From assembly GCA_951406725.2 (NCBI GenBank), contig OX597819.1:29264001-29328000 (forward strand): 64,000 nt of DNA, in the 5' to 3' direction. The translations under genes and the position numbers were made by a program. This document shows, in pieces, positions 12,438-24,460 of the stretch. Source of the DNA: Octopus vulgaris (taxonomy: Eukaryota). Numbering within the stretch: the stretch's first letter is position 1; each line of letters starts with the position of its first letter. The notes below the pieces were generated by a model. The model was not told the DNA's origin, searched no databases, and was given only the letters and a program-made list of their open reading frames with translations.

Positions 12438-12787
12438 TCGTTTTTGGATTTGGTTAGCAAGATTCTTTATGTGAGTTCGTGGGTTGAAGCATGTTCTGTT
12501 GTGTCTGGGGAGAGTCATTTTCTTTTTGTGCCTTATAATGTAACACACTCACCGGTAAAATTTCCACTTATTTCTTATTTTTATTTTACTAAAATTTTTG
12601 TTGCGTCTTGCAACCTCTTCAATAGTCTAAATAATGGACACAGTCAAGACTATTGAAAAGGTTGCAAGATGCAATGAAAATTTTAGGAAAATAAAAATAA
12701 GAAATAAGTGGAAATTTTATTGGTGAGTGTGTTACATTATAAGGCACAAAACAAAACAAAAAATTATTCTCCCCAGACACAACAGAA
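12438..12787. mobile_element. Foldback element 2 with 12-bp target-site duplication
   Basis: Arms about 12494-12628 and 12647-12787, 18-nt spacer, unpaired extension on the left. Direct repeat aatctaaccatt at 12426-12437 and 12786-12797. Confidence 0.8.
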
Positions 12788-13210
12788 TCTAACCATTGTT
12801 TCTCTTGATCTCTTTTTGTCTATCATCTTCCAGAATTTGACTACTACTACACAAGGTATTGTTTAATTAACATGTGTCTTTATCTGCAGCACATGTCTAA
12901 ATCAGTATTGTTTATTGTTCATAAAATCATCTAGATATAAATGATTTTATATCTATATCATCTATAGATTGAAATAACACTCCATTAATTGCATTGTCAT
13001 ACATTATTGAATTTCTGATTTGTTAATAACTCTGATATTGTGCGATACTTACAATAACTAGCTTGTACATTAGTCATGTCCATTAGCATGTATTATTATG
13101 TTTCAATCACATTTAATCATTATTCCAATATTCATATTTACTGGATTATCACTCTACAATAAAATCTAAGTTAGCATACAAAAACCTACTGAATCAACTG
13201 TTTCTTTTGT

Positions 13211-13772
13211 TTAACCATTTCGTATTTAAACCGACCATATTCGGCAAAAATATTATGCCAGTTTTATGTTCACACCAACTAGATCTGGCCCCTCACACCT
13301 ACCCTACAATGTCAATTTACAAAGATAAAACAATTACTTCTTCAAAATCTTGAAGCTACAAAATAACGCATGGTTGATTCAAAACAATGTGAATAAATAA
13401 GCATTATATTTGAGAGAATAAAAAAAAAAAAGATGTAAAAATACCCCCTTCAGTCATGAGTGACCATGAAAATTGTACCTAGAAAGTTCCCCTCTAACAC
13501 ACAAGTCCAGGCAAGTTTGTTTATAGAAGACTAACAGTCATCCATGCCGCCGATGTTATCCAAGCGAAAGGTAAAGGACGATACAGCTTGGCACCAGTGA
13601 TGTTGCAACTTATTTTTACAGCTGAGTGAACTGCAGCAACGTGAAATGGAGTGTTTTGCTGAAGAACACAAAATATAGCCAAGTCTGGGAATTGAACGCA
13701 CTACTTCATGATTGTAAGCCCAAAGTTCTAACCACTGAACTATGTACCAGAGAATAATCTGAATACTAAAAT
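13211..13772. mobile_element. MITE family F interrupted by a family D SINE
   Basis: ttaaccatttcgtatttaaaccg start. Body is broken after agagaataa (about 13420) and resumes agagaataatctgaatactaaa at about 13749, a probable TSD. Confidence 0.75.
13435..13748 (-). mobile_element. tRNA-derived SINE family D (V-domain-like core)
   Basis: cagctgagtgaactg.agcaacgtgaaat...gaacacaa core; tRNA-like head ending ctaaccactga. Same tail as 19335-19645. Confidence 0.8.
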
Positions 13773-14005
13773 TTAGCCTTTTGTTATTTATATTTCTATT
13801 AAAGTAGTCTGCTTTTGTTTCAAAAAGATTTTGAAAATAATGAATTTAGTAAAATAACTTCATCATTATCAATTTGCTGTTTGGAACATGAATAAACATG
13901 GAATGATTTTTCTTTGTTTTCTTTTCATTTAGATCACTTTAAAGCAGTAAACTTGTATCACAAAGCCAAAGACCTTGTCAGACAGGTTGGTATCAAGAGA
14001 GTTAA
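13772..14005. mobile_element. MITE family G copy
   Basis: Ends ggttggtatcaagagagTTAA; body as 6167-6389. Confidence 0.7.
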
Positions 14006-14492
14006 AAAGGCTAATTGTTTCTTCTTTATTAATTATATTTTTTTAGCAAACACCTCACTAAATACTAGTTAACAGTTTTCGACTAAAATAATGAGAAAAA
14101 GAAAACAAAAAAAAAAATGTAACATGTACTCTATGTTAAATAAATATAGGAAAGTAAAAGACATTTCTTTGATTCCTTGAATTATTCCTTTGAATGTATA
14201 ATCAAATTAACTGATTGTGTTGATTACCATTGTAAATTATCGTCTCTCACATGTCAAAGCACATGCAGCAAAAAGGAAAATTATTTTAGAGACAAAGTAA
14301 TAAAAAACAATAAGAAGTGAAAGTACAGTTGAGCAAGAACAGTGTATAAGGCATTAGATTTTTGAAGACTCAACTGAGCATTAAATACTTGAGCTCTTTT
14401 TCCAACCACATAGTTTCAGGTTCAATTCCACTACACACTATCAGTGCCTTGAGTGAATATGGCAGATGGAAACTGTGTGGAAGCCTGGCATG

Positions 14493-14558
<66 letters not shown>

Positions 14559-14559
<1 letters not shown>

Positions 14560-15490
14560 TAGCTGAGATACCCGGTGTTAAATATGTCACATGCAATTGA
14601 AGAATTAAACTTTTCTTTTATATTTTCTCTAATGAAAAATGACTAAATTGTGGGGGTTAAGCACCCATTAAGGGGTCTTACTAACCTAAGAAGTTGAAAT
14701 TTTAGGAATATTACTTCATTTGTCTAATATATATGGTTAAAATTTCATCAACAGCAAAAATATACGAATTTTCATGGGGGTTATGACCTCATTTATGTTC
14801 CCTCTCTTTTCAAACATATGCTGCATTACATCTGCCCTTATGCACAGAATATAATTTCCAAATTCAGTGCTTTTGACCTTGTTTTTGGATCATAAAAAAT
14901 TACTAAAATTTGGGAGTTAAGGCCCCCATGAAGGGGTCTTAGAATCCTCATGAGAAGTGGAAACCTTGAGAATACTTCCTGATTTGTGTCAATTACCTGT
15001 GGTTGAAATTTCATCAACATTAGAAATTTATGAATTTTCATGGGGGTTCTGCTCCCTTTAAGCCCCCTCAATTTCAAACCAAATATACTACATTATGCCT
15101 GCCCTTATGCATTGAATCTAAGTTCCAAATATCATAAGGATCCATTTAGTAATTTTGGTCCATGAAAAATGACTAAAATTCGGAGGTTAAGCCCCCACTA
15201 GGGGGTCTTAGAATCATTCAAAGAAATGGAAATTTTGAGTATATTTTAAAATTTATTTCTAATACCTATAGTTCAAATTTCATCAAAATCTGAAGCTTAT
15301 GAATTTTCACGGGGGTGGTATGCCCATCCCCTTTATGCCCCCTCAAAATTCTATGAAACATACAGCATTACCCTTCTCCCCAGGCTTGAATTTTGTGTTC
15401 CAAATTTCATTAGGATCGGTCCAGTAGTTTTCGAGTCTATAAGTAACACACAAACATATGAACACAAAGACGTTGACTTTTATATGATAT
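14559..15490 (-). mobile_element. Helitron/Helentron-like non-autonomous element with three internal repeats of about 265 bp
   Basis: Terminal A|CTAGctgagatacccgg. Units start near 14634, 14893 and 15164 (aaaaatgactaaa...gggttaag...ggggtctta...aaatttcatcaa...gaattttcatgggg). Distal motif ccaaatttcattaggatcggtccagtagtttt...acacacaaacata is typical of DINE-1/Lep1-like elements. Confidence 0.65.
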
Positions 15491-15568
15491 ATATATATTT
15501 ATTAATAATAATAATTATTTGAGGGAATAAAATCCAAGGTGTTTTTTTTCTAATTTTATTTATTTATT

Positions 15569-15609
<41 letters not shown>

Positions 15610-15839
15610 ACAGAGGCAGAGTTAATATCGACAGTTAATATTTATCCCCACTTAAATATGGATGTTCTGTCAGAACTATACGGTGGTAGATACCACGAGA
15701 AAAATTCTCATATTGGCTTTTGGTGTAAAATGCAGTCTAGATTATATTACTAGTGGGAAGATAAATCCCTTCCACCTCCAGTGCCTAGACCACCAGATCA
15801 GGTGAATTTGACTTCCCTTGGTCTTGTCAGTGATGGACT

Positions 15840-16262
15840 ATTTTTGTGTTTGTTTCCCACCTTACAACTACTTGACAATCAGTGTTGGTTTATTTACGTC
15901 CATGTCTTCTAAAAGAGACCAATAGAACAAGTATCAGACTCGACCCCTTTAGTATTTAAACTGGCCTTATCCAGCCCAAATATTCTACCTCTTTTGTGTA
16001 CAAACTGGCCATATTCAGCTTCTCACACCTACCCTACAATGTCATACTAAAAATAAACAATCACATCATTGAAATCTCAACACAAAATGATAATGTATAA
16101 TTAATTCAAAACAGTGTGAATAAGCAAGCATTACATTTGACAGAGAAAGCTGAATGTTAAAGGGTTAAAATAAGTATTAGAGTTATTTTATGTGACTAAA
16201 CCCTTCGGAATTGTGTTCCAGCACAATCACAGTCCAATGACTGAAACAAGTAAAAGATAGAA
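15840..16262 (+). mobile_element. Family A SINE tail (head at about 14395-14495) with MITE F inserted at about 15942-16168
   Basis: cttgacaatcagtgttggtt...aaaagagaccaatagaacaagta, then MITE ending aaagggTTAA, then ...aatgactgaaacaagtaaaaga. Confidence 0.75.
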
Positions 16263-16562
16263 GATAGTTACAATTCAAAATATCTTTTATCTTTTACTTA
16301 CACTGCGGCCATGCTGTAGCACCACCTTGCATGTTGTCTATATTGAAAAAAAAAAGATTAGTTTATAGTATATACAAATTAGGACTCCACTAAACTGGTC
16401 TGGCTAATTTGCATAACAATGCATGTCCTGATATTGTGAATCCTTTTATCAAATCATGGTGCACATTTTGGGGTAATTTAAAATATAGTAACATAAAACC
16501 TGTGATACAGTTTCTTTCTTTCTTTGCTTTTCACAGTGAGGCAAAGTTGTACATTTTTAATG

Positions 16563-16945
16563 ATTTTATCTTTTTTATTTGTTTCAGTCGCAGGGTTGTG
16601 GCCACACTATGGCACCATACTGAAGGGTTTAGTCAAACAGATCTACCCCGGTACTTACTTTTAAAGTCTGGTATTTATTCTATTGGACTCATTTGCTGAA
16701 CTACTAAGATATGGGGATGTAAACAAACCAACACCAGTTATTAAGCAGTGGGGAACAAACACAAACACACAGATATACACACAATGGAGTTCCTTCAGTT
16801 TCCACCTACCAAATACACTCACAAGGTTTTAGTCATCTCAGGGCTACAAACAAAGAGACTTGTTCAAGGGGCCACACAGTGGGACTGAACCCAAAACCAC
16901 TTGGATGGCGAGCAAGCTCTTTACCTACACTGCCACAGCTGTACC
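16563..16945 (-). mobile_element. SINE family A, old copy
   Basis: Colinear with the reverse complement of 28093-28490. Confidence 0.8.
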
Positions 16946-18529
16946 AATTTATTTATATAAAAAAGGTGTACTTAGTTTTCAAATCATCATAAAATGCAGT
17001 GTTGTGGACTACAAATGACTTAATCTACATTGACCAGTTTATGCACCGCTATGCAAATTAGTTTAACCATGGTTTATATGCACTATAAGTAGCCATAAAT
17101 TATTAATTTCTCTGTTGACATGTTGAGCATTCTTTCTCTGACAAAGATCTAAGACTACAAACAACTCTTCTTGAGAGAAAAGCTGTAATCTACTTTAAAC
17201 AGCCTTTTATAACTGAGGCTAAATTCGTGTGTTTATCAAAAAAAGATATATCTTACATTTTAAAAGCCATATCTGGTAAAACAAATTACATGAACTGAGA
17301 TCCGGCAACAGTTCCAGTTATCCAGCTATCAAAATAATATTTCTATAAATCAAAATTTCTGTTAATAGCTCTTTTCTTAGCCATAAATAATTTTCTACAT
17401 GACAACAAAGTACTTAAGCGCATCTATACACTGCTGTTTAATATATTTTAAATAGGCAAAATATGAAATAAAATGTCATTGTAAAAGAAGAATATTTTTA
17501 CAGAAAGAGGGAGAGAGAGAGAAAGTGTCATATCTATAAATAATGCTATTAATGACAAAACAGAAAATGCCGAACAATTAGACTTTCAGGGTGATTATCA
17601 TATAAATTTGATTAGGGTGTCAGTATAATGCTAATGTATCATTGACCTTTAGTCAATATATCTTATTTTGGAGGCTTACAAAGCTTTCACAAAAGCTCAT
17701 GCAAAGAAATATTCATGGATCGGCTCAATTGTACCTGTACTAAAGAGCTATTTAATCACTAAATGCTATTACAAATACACATTAAAATGTTTGATATATC
17801 TCAAAATAACCATAAGTAAAGTAAAAATATAACTAAATACATTTATCCAATTTTCTCATACAGGTTTGATTTAGGAGAAAGAAAGAGTTTTTGCATAAAC
17901 CTTCAGATGTTTATTCTAAGTTTTCCAGATAATTTATTACTTTATTGCAAAAAAATTACACCATTTCCTCATTAATTTCCTTTAAGTTAAATTTAGTTAT
18001 AAAGGCTGTGTGGGAAAGAAGCTTATTTTATAATCACGATGATAAGTTTCATTGCGCAATGGAGCATCTTGGGCATTTGTCATTTAGTATAAGCTTCAAA
18101 TTGAGCCAAGCCTTGTGAGAGAAATTGGGTAGAGAGTAAATGAAGAAAACTATGAATGAAGTTTGAGGATAACCTGATATTCCATGAGTCATAGTTTTGA
18201 CTGCCCTAAGTCACATCCATTACTGAGTCCCTGCAAAAGTCACAGGTGTCTTCCTTTGATAAAAGCAATAAATAAATATATTCATGTTCGTAGTAAATTG
18301 TTTGGCAGTTTGCAATTTACTGAATCAGATTATGCAAGCATCTTTACATTATTGGGACTTATAATCATGTTTTATAGCGTAGCCATGAGAAAAACTTTAA
18401 AAAAGGTACAAACATCTTTATATTCTGTGAAAATCTAAAAAATAAGATAAAATCTGGATTGAGATTGATCTGTGAGAGTGACAACTACTAATAGAACTAA
18501 AAGATTTTTGTGCAGACCTATTCTATATA

Positions 18530-18672
18530 CAGAGGCACATGGCTTAGTGGTTAGGATGTTGGACTCACAATTATAAGATTGAGATTTCGATTCCTGGACC
18601 AGGCAATGCATTGTGTTCTTGAACAAAACAATTTCATGTTGCTCCAGTCTACTGAGCTGTAGAAATGAGTTT
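18530..18672 (+). mobile_element. SINE family D head and core
   Basis: A box tggcttagtgg, B box tttcgattcc, core tgtgttcttgaacaaaaca...ttgctccagtctactgagctgtagaaatgagt. Confidence 0.8.
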
Positions 18673-18896
18673 AGTCTGGAGAGGAATGGGCTCTACCAGG
18701 TTTTCTCTCCCGAGATATGCTGCATAGCTGCAGTACCCCAATGAGTTAAAGGACTTGTTGATTCTATACACAAAAGCACATGGAGAAGCTGAATAAAAAT
18801 ATAGGTTTCAAATTTTGGCATAGGGCCAGCAATTTAAGGTGAGGTAGTAAGTTGATTACCTTCACCCCAGTGTTCAACTGGTACTTATTTCATTGA

Positions 18897-19128
18897 GGCG
18901 AGCGAGCTGGCAGAAACGTTAGCACACCGGGCGAAATGCGTAGCCGTATTTCGTCTGCCATTACGTTCTGAGTTCAAATTCCACCGAGGTCGACTTTGCC
19001 TTTCATCCTTTCGGGGTCGATTAAATAAGTACCAGTTACGCACTGGGGTCGATATAATCGACTTAATCCGTGTGTCTCTCCTTGTTTGTCCCCTCTGTGT
19101 TTAGCCCCTTGTGGGTAGTAAAGAAATA
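18897..19128 (+). mobile_element. Young family B SINE inserted into an older antisense family B copy (18803-19245)
   Basis: CpG-rich and intact. 17-bp TSD ggtacttattt(c/t)attga at 18880-18896 and 19129-19145. Confidence 0.9.
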
Positions 19129-19334
19129 GGTACTTATTTTATTGACACCGAAAAGATGAAAGGCAAAGATGATCTCGGTGAAATTTTAACTCAGAATATG
19201 AAAATTAGTGAAAAGGTGCTAAACATTTTGCCCAGTGTACAGAATCTGTATAAAAACATTGATTTTTCATTAATGAATCGTCAAAGAATTTAAATCACTG
19301 TAGTATGACTTATATTTCATATATATAAAAGGGT

Positions 19335-19645
19335 AAAGGCCCCATTCAGTCATGAATAACCATAGGATTGCACCTAGAAAGTTCCCCTTCGAGGCACAAG
19401 TCCAGGCAAGGTTGTTTATGGAAGGCCAGCAGTCACCTATGCATACCAGCCTCCATACCTCACACCACTTATGTTATCAGTAGGAAAGACACAGCTTGCC
19501 ACCAGTGACATTGCAACTTATTTCTACAACTGAGTGAACTGGAGCAACGTGAAATAAAGTGTCATGCTCAAGAACACAACACATAGCCTGGTCCAGGAAG
19601 CGAACTCACTAACTCATGATTGTGAGCCCAGTGCTGTAACCATCC
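19335..19645 (-). mobile_element. SINE family D
   Basis: Colinear with 13435-13748. Confidence 0.8.
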
Positions 19646-19689
19646 ATCCATACATACATACATACAAACAAACAAATTGACATATATAT

Positions 19690-20052
19690 ATAATCATTTT
19701 AATGTCACATTTCCATGCTTGTTTGGCTTGGATGAAATTCATTGAGACTAAAAAAGGCTACAACCTTTCCTCTCATCAATGCTCGTCTGTTTCCAAGCAC
19801 TGTAATATTTACTCATGGCTTGATGTGCTTCCAAGAACAATTGCAGATGAATGTCACCGAGTGTGCGACAGCAAGACTTCTTTACAATTAATTATTGCAC
19901 AATGTCAACACAAGGACAGACAGACAGACATACAGAGGCTTCTTTTCGGTATCCGCCTTTGCAATACATTCACAAGGGTTTAGTTGGCCTAAGACTATAG
20001 TAGAAAACACTTGCCCAAAGTACTTCACACAGTGGGGCTCAACCCAAAATCA
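19690..20052 (-). mobile_element. SINE family A' (family A head plus RTE-X-type tail), old
   Basis: catttt-aatgtc..tttccatgct tail joined through a microsatellite to a family A head (cacttgcccaa). Confidence 0.65.
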
Positions 20053-20732
20053 AGCACCATCATAATTTTGTACCTACTCTCCATGCAAGCATGGGTTAGA
20101 TGAGTTGTCACAGTTCAAATTAATTCTCACTCCCCTTTTAGATGGGTTGGAACACCACATCTCACTCATACATTTCATTGTGGCATGGTTTCTGTGTCCT
20201 TTGTCCTATAACCAACCACTTCATCAAGTGTACTAAGTGCTCTTCATTATGGTCTATGTACTAAAGAAAGTTATGTTCCCACAACACTTTAGGGTCCTCC
20301 TCCACAGGTGTCTCCACTTATTCACCAGCCAGTTTACAGAGTGTAATGGATACATTTTATCATAGCACTAACACCAGTGAAGTTGTGTAGTATGTCTACC
20401 GTATGACTAAAGACTGACTATTCAATGATATGTTCATTCATTCACAGTATGAACAGAGAAGGTGAACAATAGAGATACCAGTAACGGAAGAGGTAGGAAG
20501 GGTGAAGGAAGTGAAAGTAAAAAACAGAGTGGTGGTGTTGGCGGTGAGAGGATTGTAGAGTGAGAGTGGAAGTGTGTGTATGTATGTGTGTGTGTGTATG
20601 TGCGCGCGCATAACTGGCTGTAGAAATTGCAGTAGAATTTTGAGATATGTAAAAATGAAATAATCGGTAAACAAGAGCAGCAAGAAAATAGGCAAGAAGG
20701 TAAAACACCAGAGAGAGAGAGAGAGATGATAC

Positions 20733-20776
<44 letters not shown>

Positions 20777-21221
20777 TAGGAGAGAGAGAGAGAGAGATGA
20801 TGCTAGGGGAGAGAGATAGAGAGAGAGAAAGAGAATAATAACTGCAATGTTGTAGTCATGTAATGTATTGTGATGAGAAATTAACCAATTGAAGCTGTAT
20901 TCTTAGTTAACCACAAATTTCATACTTGGCTTCAGCCAAATATCTATGATACAGAGAATTGGCAAATCCCATGTCAAAATGCAGTCAAACTAAAACTAAA
21001 TCAGTCAGTCTGACTAAAGATAGGTCAGTGAGTGCAGAACTAAGCTGTTTCCACTTGTCTGTTCAAAAGAAAACATTGTTTTAGGTGGTGTTTTGAAGAT
21101 GCTTTTTTCAGTTTTTCAACAATGAAGCTCCTGGTGATCAAACAAACACTTCCAGCTTAGATTGTTTATAAAAGAAAGGCAAAGATTATTTACAACTATG
21201 ATGAGATACTGCAACATTTAG

Positions 21222-21648
21222 AAGGGCGTGGCTGTGTGGTAAGAAGCTTGCTTCTCAATCACATATGGTTCTGGGTTCAATCCTATTGTGTCACACCCTG
21301 GGCAAGCATCTTCTACTATAACCTCAGGCAGACTAAAACCTTGTGAGTAGATCTGGTAGACAGAAACTGAAAGAAGCCCATTGTATGTGTGCGTGTGCAT
21401 GCCTTTTTGTATGTGTTTCTACCCCACCACTGCTTGACAGCCAGTGCTGGTGTGTTTACGTCCCTGTAACTTAGTGATTCAGGAAAAAAAAAAACTGACA
21501 GAATAAGTACCTGGTTTTAAACAAAAAAAAATAATAAATAAATAACTACTACATTTAATACAGTCGACTAAAAATTCTTCAAGGTGGTACCCCAGTATAA
21601 CCACAACCTAATGACTGAAACAACTAAACAATAACAGACAAAAGATAA
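21222..21648 (+). mobile_element. SINE family A
   Basis: A box tggctgtgtgg, B box ggttcaatcc, ctgggcaag core, family A tail. Confidence 0.85.
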
Positions 21649-21890
21649 CTATTCCTGAAAGAAGCAATAATTATTGACTAAATCTAACAATTAGTAGTCT
21701 AGAGGTGACCCAAATTTACATGCAAAAACATATCTGAAATTTCTCTGTTAATCTCCAAAATTCACGAAGAGATTTCATTTCTACCTATGAACAATATTCA
21801 AATTACATCTTTCCCTTTCTGAGATTATGAACAGCTAGGGCTTAACCAGTTTCTTCACTATTCCAGAGAAGCTGAATATTTCTTCCTGTT

Positions 21891-21992
21891 ACATTTATTT
21901 TACTTATATTTCATTTCTGTCATCAGTTTCTCTATTTCATCATTTATTTTACTTATATTTCATTTCTGTCATCAGTTTCTCTATTTCATCAT
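21891..21992. repeat. Perfect tandem duplication of about 49 bp
   Basis: catttattttacttatatttcatttctgtcatcagtttctctatttcat occurs twice. Confidence 0.85.
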
Positions 21993-22074
21993 CTGTAATT
22001 TAACTGTAATCTTCTATACAGCAATGAAAATGTGTTTGTGCATATAAAACAACAACAACTACTACTACTACGTT

Positions 22075-22553
22075 GTCATTTAATGTCCGTTTTCCATGCT
22101 AGCATGGGTTGGATGATTTGACGGAGGACTGGCACACCAGATGGTTGCACCAGACTCCAATCTGATCTGGCAGAGTTTCTACAGCTGGATGCCCTTCCTA
22201 ATGCCAACCACTCCGAGAGTGTAGTAGGTGCTTTTATGTGCTGCCGGCACAAGGGCCAGTAAGGCGGTACTGGCAACACTCAAATGGTGCTTTTTATGTG
22301 CCACCTGCACAGGAGCCAGTCCAGCGGCACTGGCAACCATCAACTCTTTAGCATTTAACCTGCCCATATCTGGCCAAAATATTCTACCCATTTTGTGCTA
22401 CACCCAACCTTTCACACCTACTCTACAATATCATTCTCAAAATAATCACGTCATCGAAATCTCAAAGCTGCAAGATAACGCACGATTAACCCAAAGCAAT
22501 GTGAATAAATAAGCATTACATTTGACAGGGTAATCTGAATGCCAAAGGGCTAA
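22075..22553. mobile_element. RTE-X 3' UTR fragment (-, 22075-22342) abutting MITE F (22343-22553)
   Basis: catttaatgtccgttttccatgctagcatggg tail; then aactctttagcatttaa...aatgccaaagggctaa. Confidence 0.75.
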
Positions 22554-22699
22554 TGTCCATTTTGCATGCTGGCATGGGTTGGACAGTCTGACCAGAGCTG
22601 GTAAGCAGGAGAGCTGCACCGGGTTCTAGTATAGTTTGGCTTGGTTTCTATAGTTTGTTGGATACACACACGAGCATGCAAACATACACATGCAGAGGA

Positions 22700-23415
22700 C
22701 ACAGATATAGTTGTGTAGTTAAGAAGGTTACTTCCCAACCACATGACTCTGGGTTCAGTCCCACTTTGTGACACCTTGAGCAAATATCTACTATAGCCCC
22801 CAGGTTGAGTAGAGCCATATTAGTAAATTTGGTTGATGGAAACTGATAGAAGCTGGCAGAATTGTTAGCACACCGGGCAAAATGCTTAGCAGTATTTCGT
22901 CTGCCATTACGTTCTGAGTTCAAATTCTGCCAAGGTCGACTTTGTCTTTCATCCTTTTGGGGTCAATGAATTAAGTACCAGTTATGCACTGGGATCGATG
23001 TAATCGACTTAATCCCTTTGTCTGTCTATGTTTGTCCCCTCTATGTTTAGCCCCTTGTGGGCAATAAAGAAATAAGAAAACTGATAGAAGTCTATCGTAT
23101 ATGTGTGTGTGTGTGTGTGTGACTGTGTGTGTGTGTGTGTGTGTGTATGTGTGTGTGTGTGTTTCGCTGTCTTGATACCTTGACATCCCATGTAATAGTT
23201 CTAAAAGAGTGTAACTGTCATGCAAGCTTTCCTTCATTATTAAACTTCTGTGAAGATATGTTTGGCTATAGGGAAATATTATCTTGTTTGGAAAAAGGTG
23301 AGGGTTAGCAACAGGAAAGGTCATCCAGTTGTTGAAAATCTACTGCAGTAAACTCTGTCCAACCAATACATGCATACATGGAAAACTGGACATTAAAAAT
23401 GATGATGATGATGAT
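22700..23415 (+). mobile_element. SINE family A' hosting a young family B SINE (22853-23077)
   Basis: 13-bp TSD aaactgatagaag at 22840-22852 and 23078-23090. Host ends catggaaaactggacattaaaaatgatgatg. Confidence 0.85.
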
Positions 23416-24202
23416 GTATGCATGTATACAGGTATGTGTGTGTGTGTGCATGTTTAGCCATGTATGTATATTCATGAGAAATGATTTTCTTTGTCTTAAT
23501 GAATATAGCCCCAGTCTTATCAGTCACTAACATTTAGAAAATTGAAATTTCAAAGCAATAAAGTTATTAATTTCCACAATATAGTTGCACTGAAACAGAT
23601 GACCTACAAGTGCCGAATCTACAGACATTGTAAAAGAAGAGCTGAACGATAATTGCGCAATATTAATTCTAAGTATTCAAATTCCAAAGAAAGATTGCAT
23701 ATTCCTGGTTTTGGAATCAGTACATTGTTTCCTTGCATATCATATAGAATGGTAGCTGGGTGGAATGGTACCTAGTAGAACACTGCATCATGAAACAAAC
23801 CACAATGGCATTGTCATGAAGTCTGCAAGGCTAACACTAATTTTAGCAGGGAAAATATCCTGGAAACATTTATGCAAGTGTGTGCATGTGTATGTGTGAG
23901 AGAGAGAGAGAACGGGTACTTGTGCGTGTATGTATATCACAAAGAAAATTTTTCAGGTGAGAAAAAAAATACAAAATACATTTTTACCAGATTATAGATA
24001 ACAGATGCAAATGTTGCTATAAATGAAACTGTAGTTTTTGTTTCCATTAAAATTCTTTTTTTTTTTTTGTATTAAAAGTGTCTGCATAGTCTCATAACAA
24101 ACAAACTGCTTACATAGTTTGTCTATATGTGTAGATTTTCATATATTCACAGCAAACAAAATGTTTGCATACTTTGTCTAAATAGATGGGTAGACTTCTA
24201 TA

Positions 24203-24460
24203 TTATCATTTTAACATCCACTTTTCCATACTCACACAAGGTGGATGGAATTTAGGTGGGGTCAGATTTTCAATGGCCAGATGCCTTTTCTGTCATTAAC
24301 TGCCACCCATTTCCAATAAAGTAATATTTCCCCATGACAGGATATGTTTTAACAGACAATTGGAAATAAGGGATACAACTTGCATGATGGTTACATTCAT
24401 TTACAACTATTACAGCAAGTACAGGTAAATAGACACTAACACACACACACACACACATGC
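24203..24460 (-). mobile_element. SINE family A' tail
   Basis: tcattttaacatccacttttccat...gtaatatttccccatg matches the reverse complement of 27200-27350. Confidence 0.7.
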
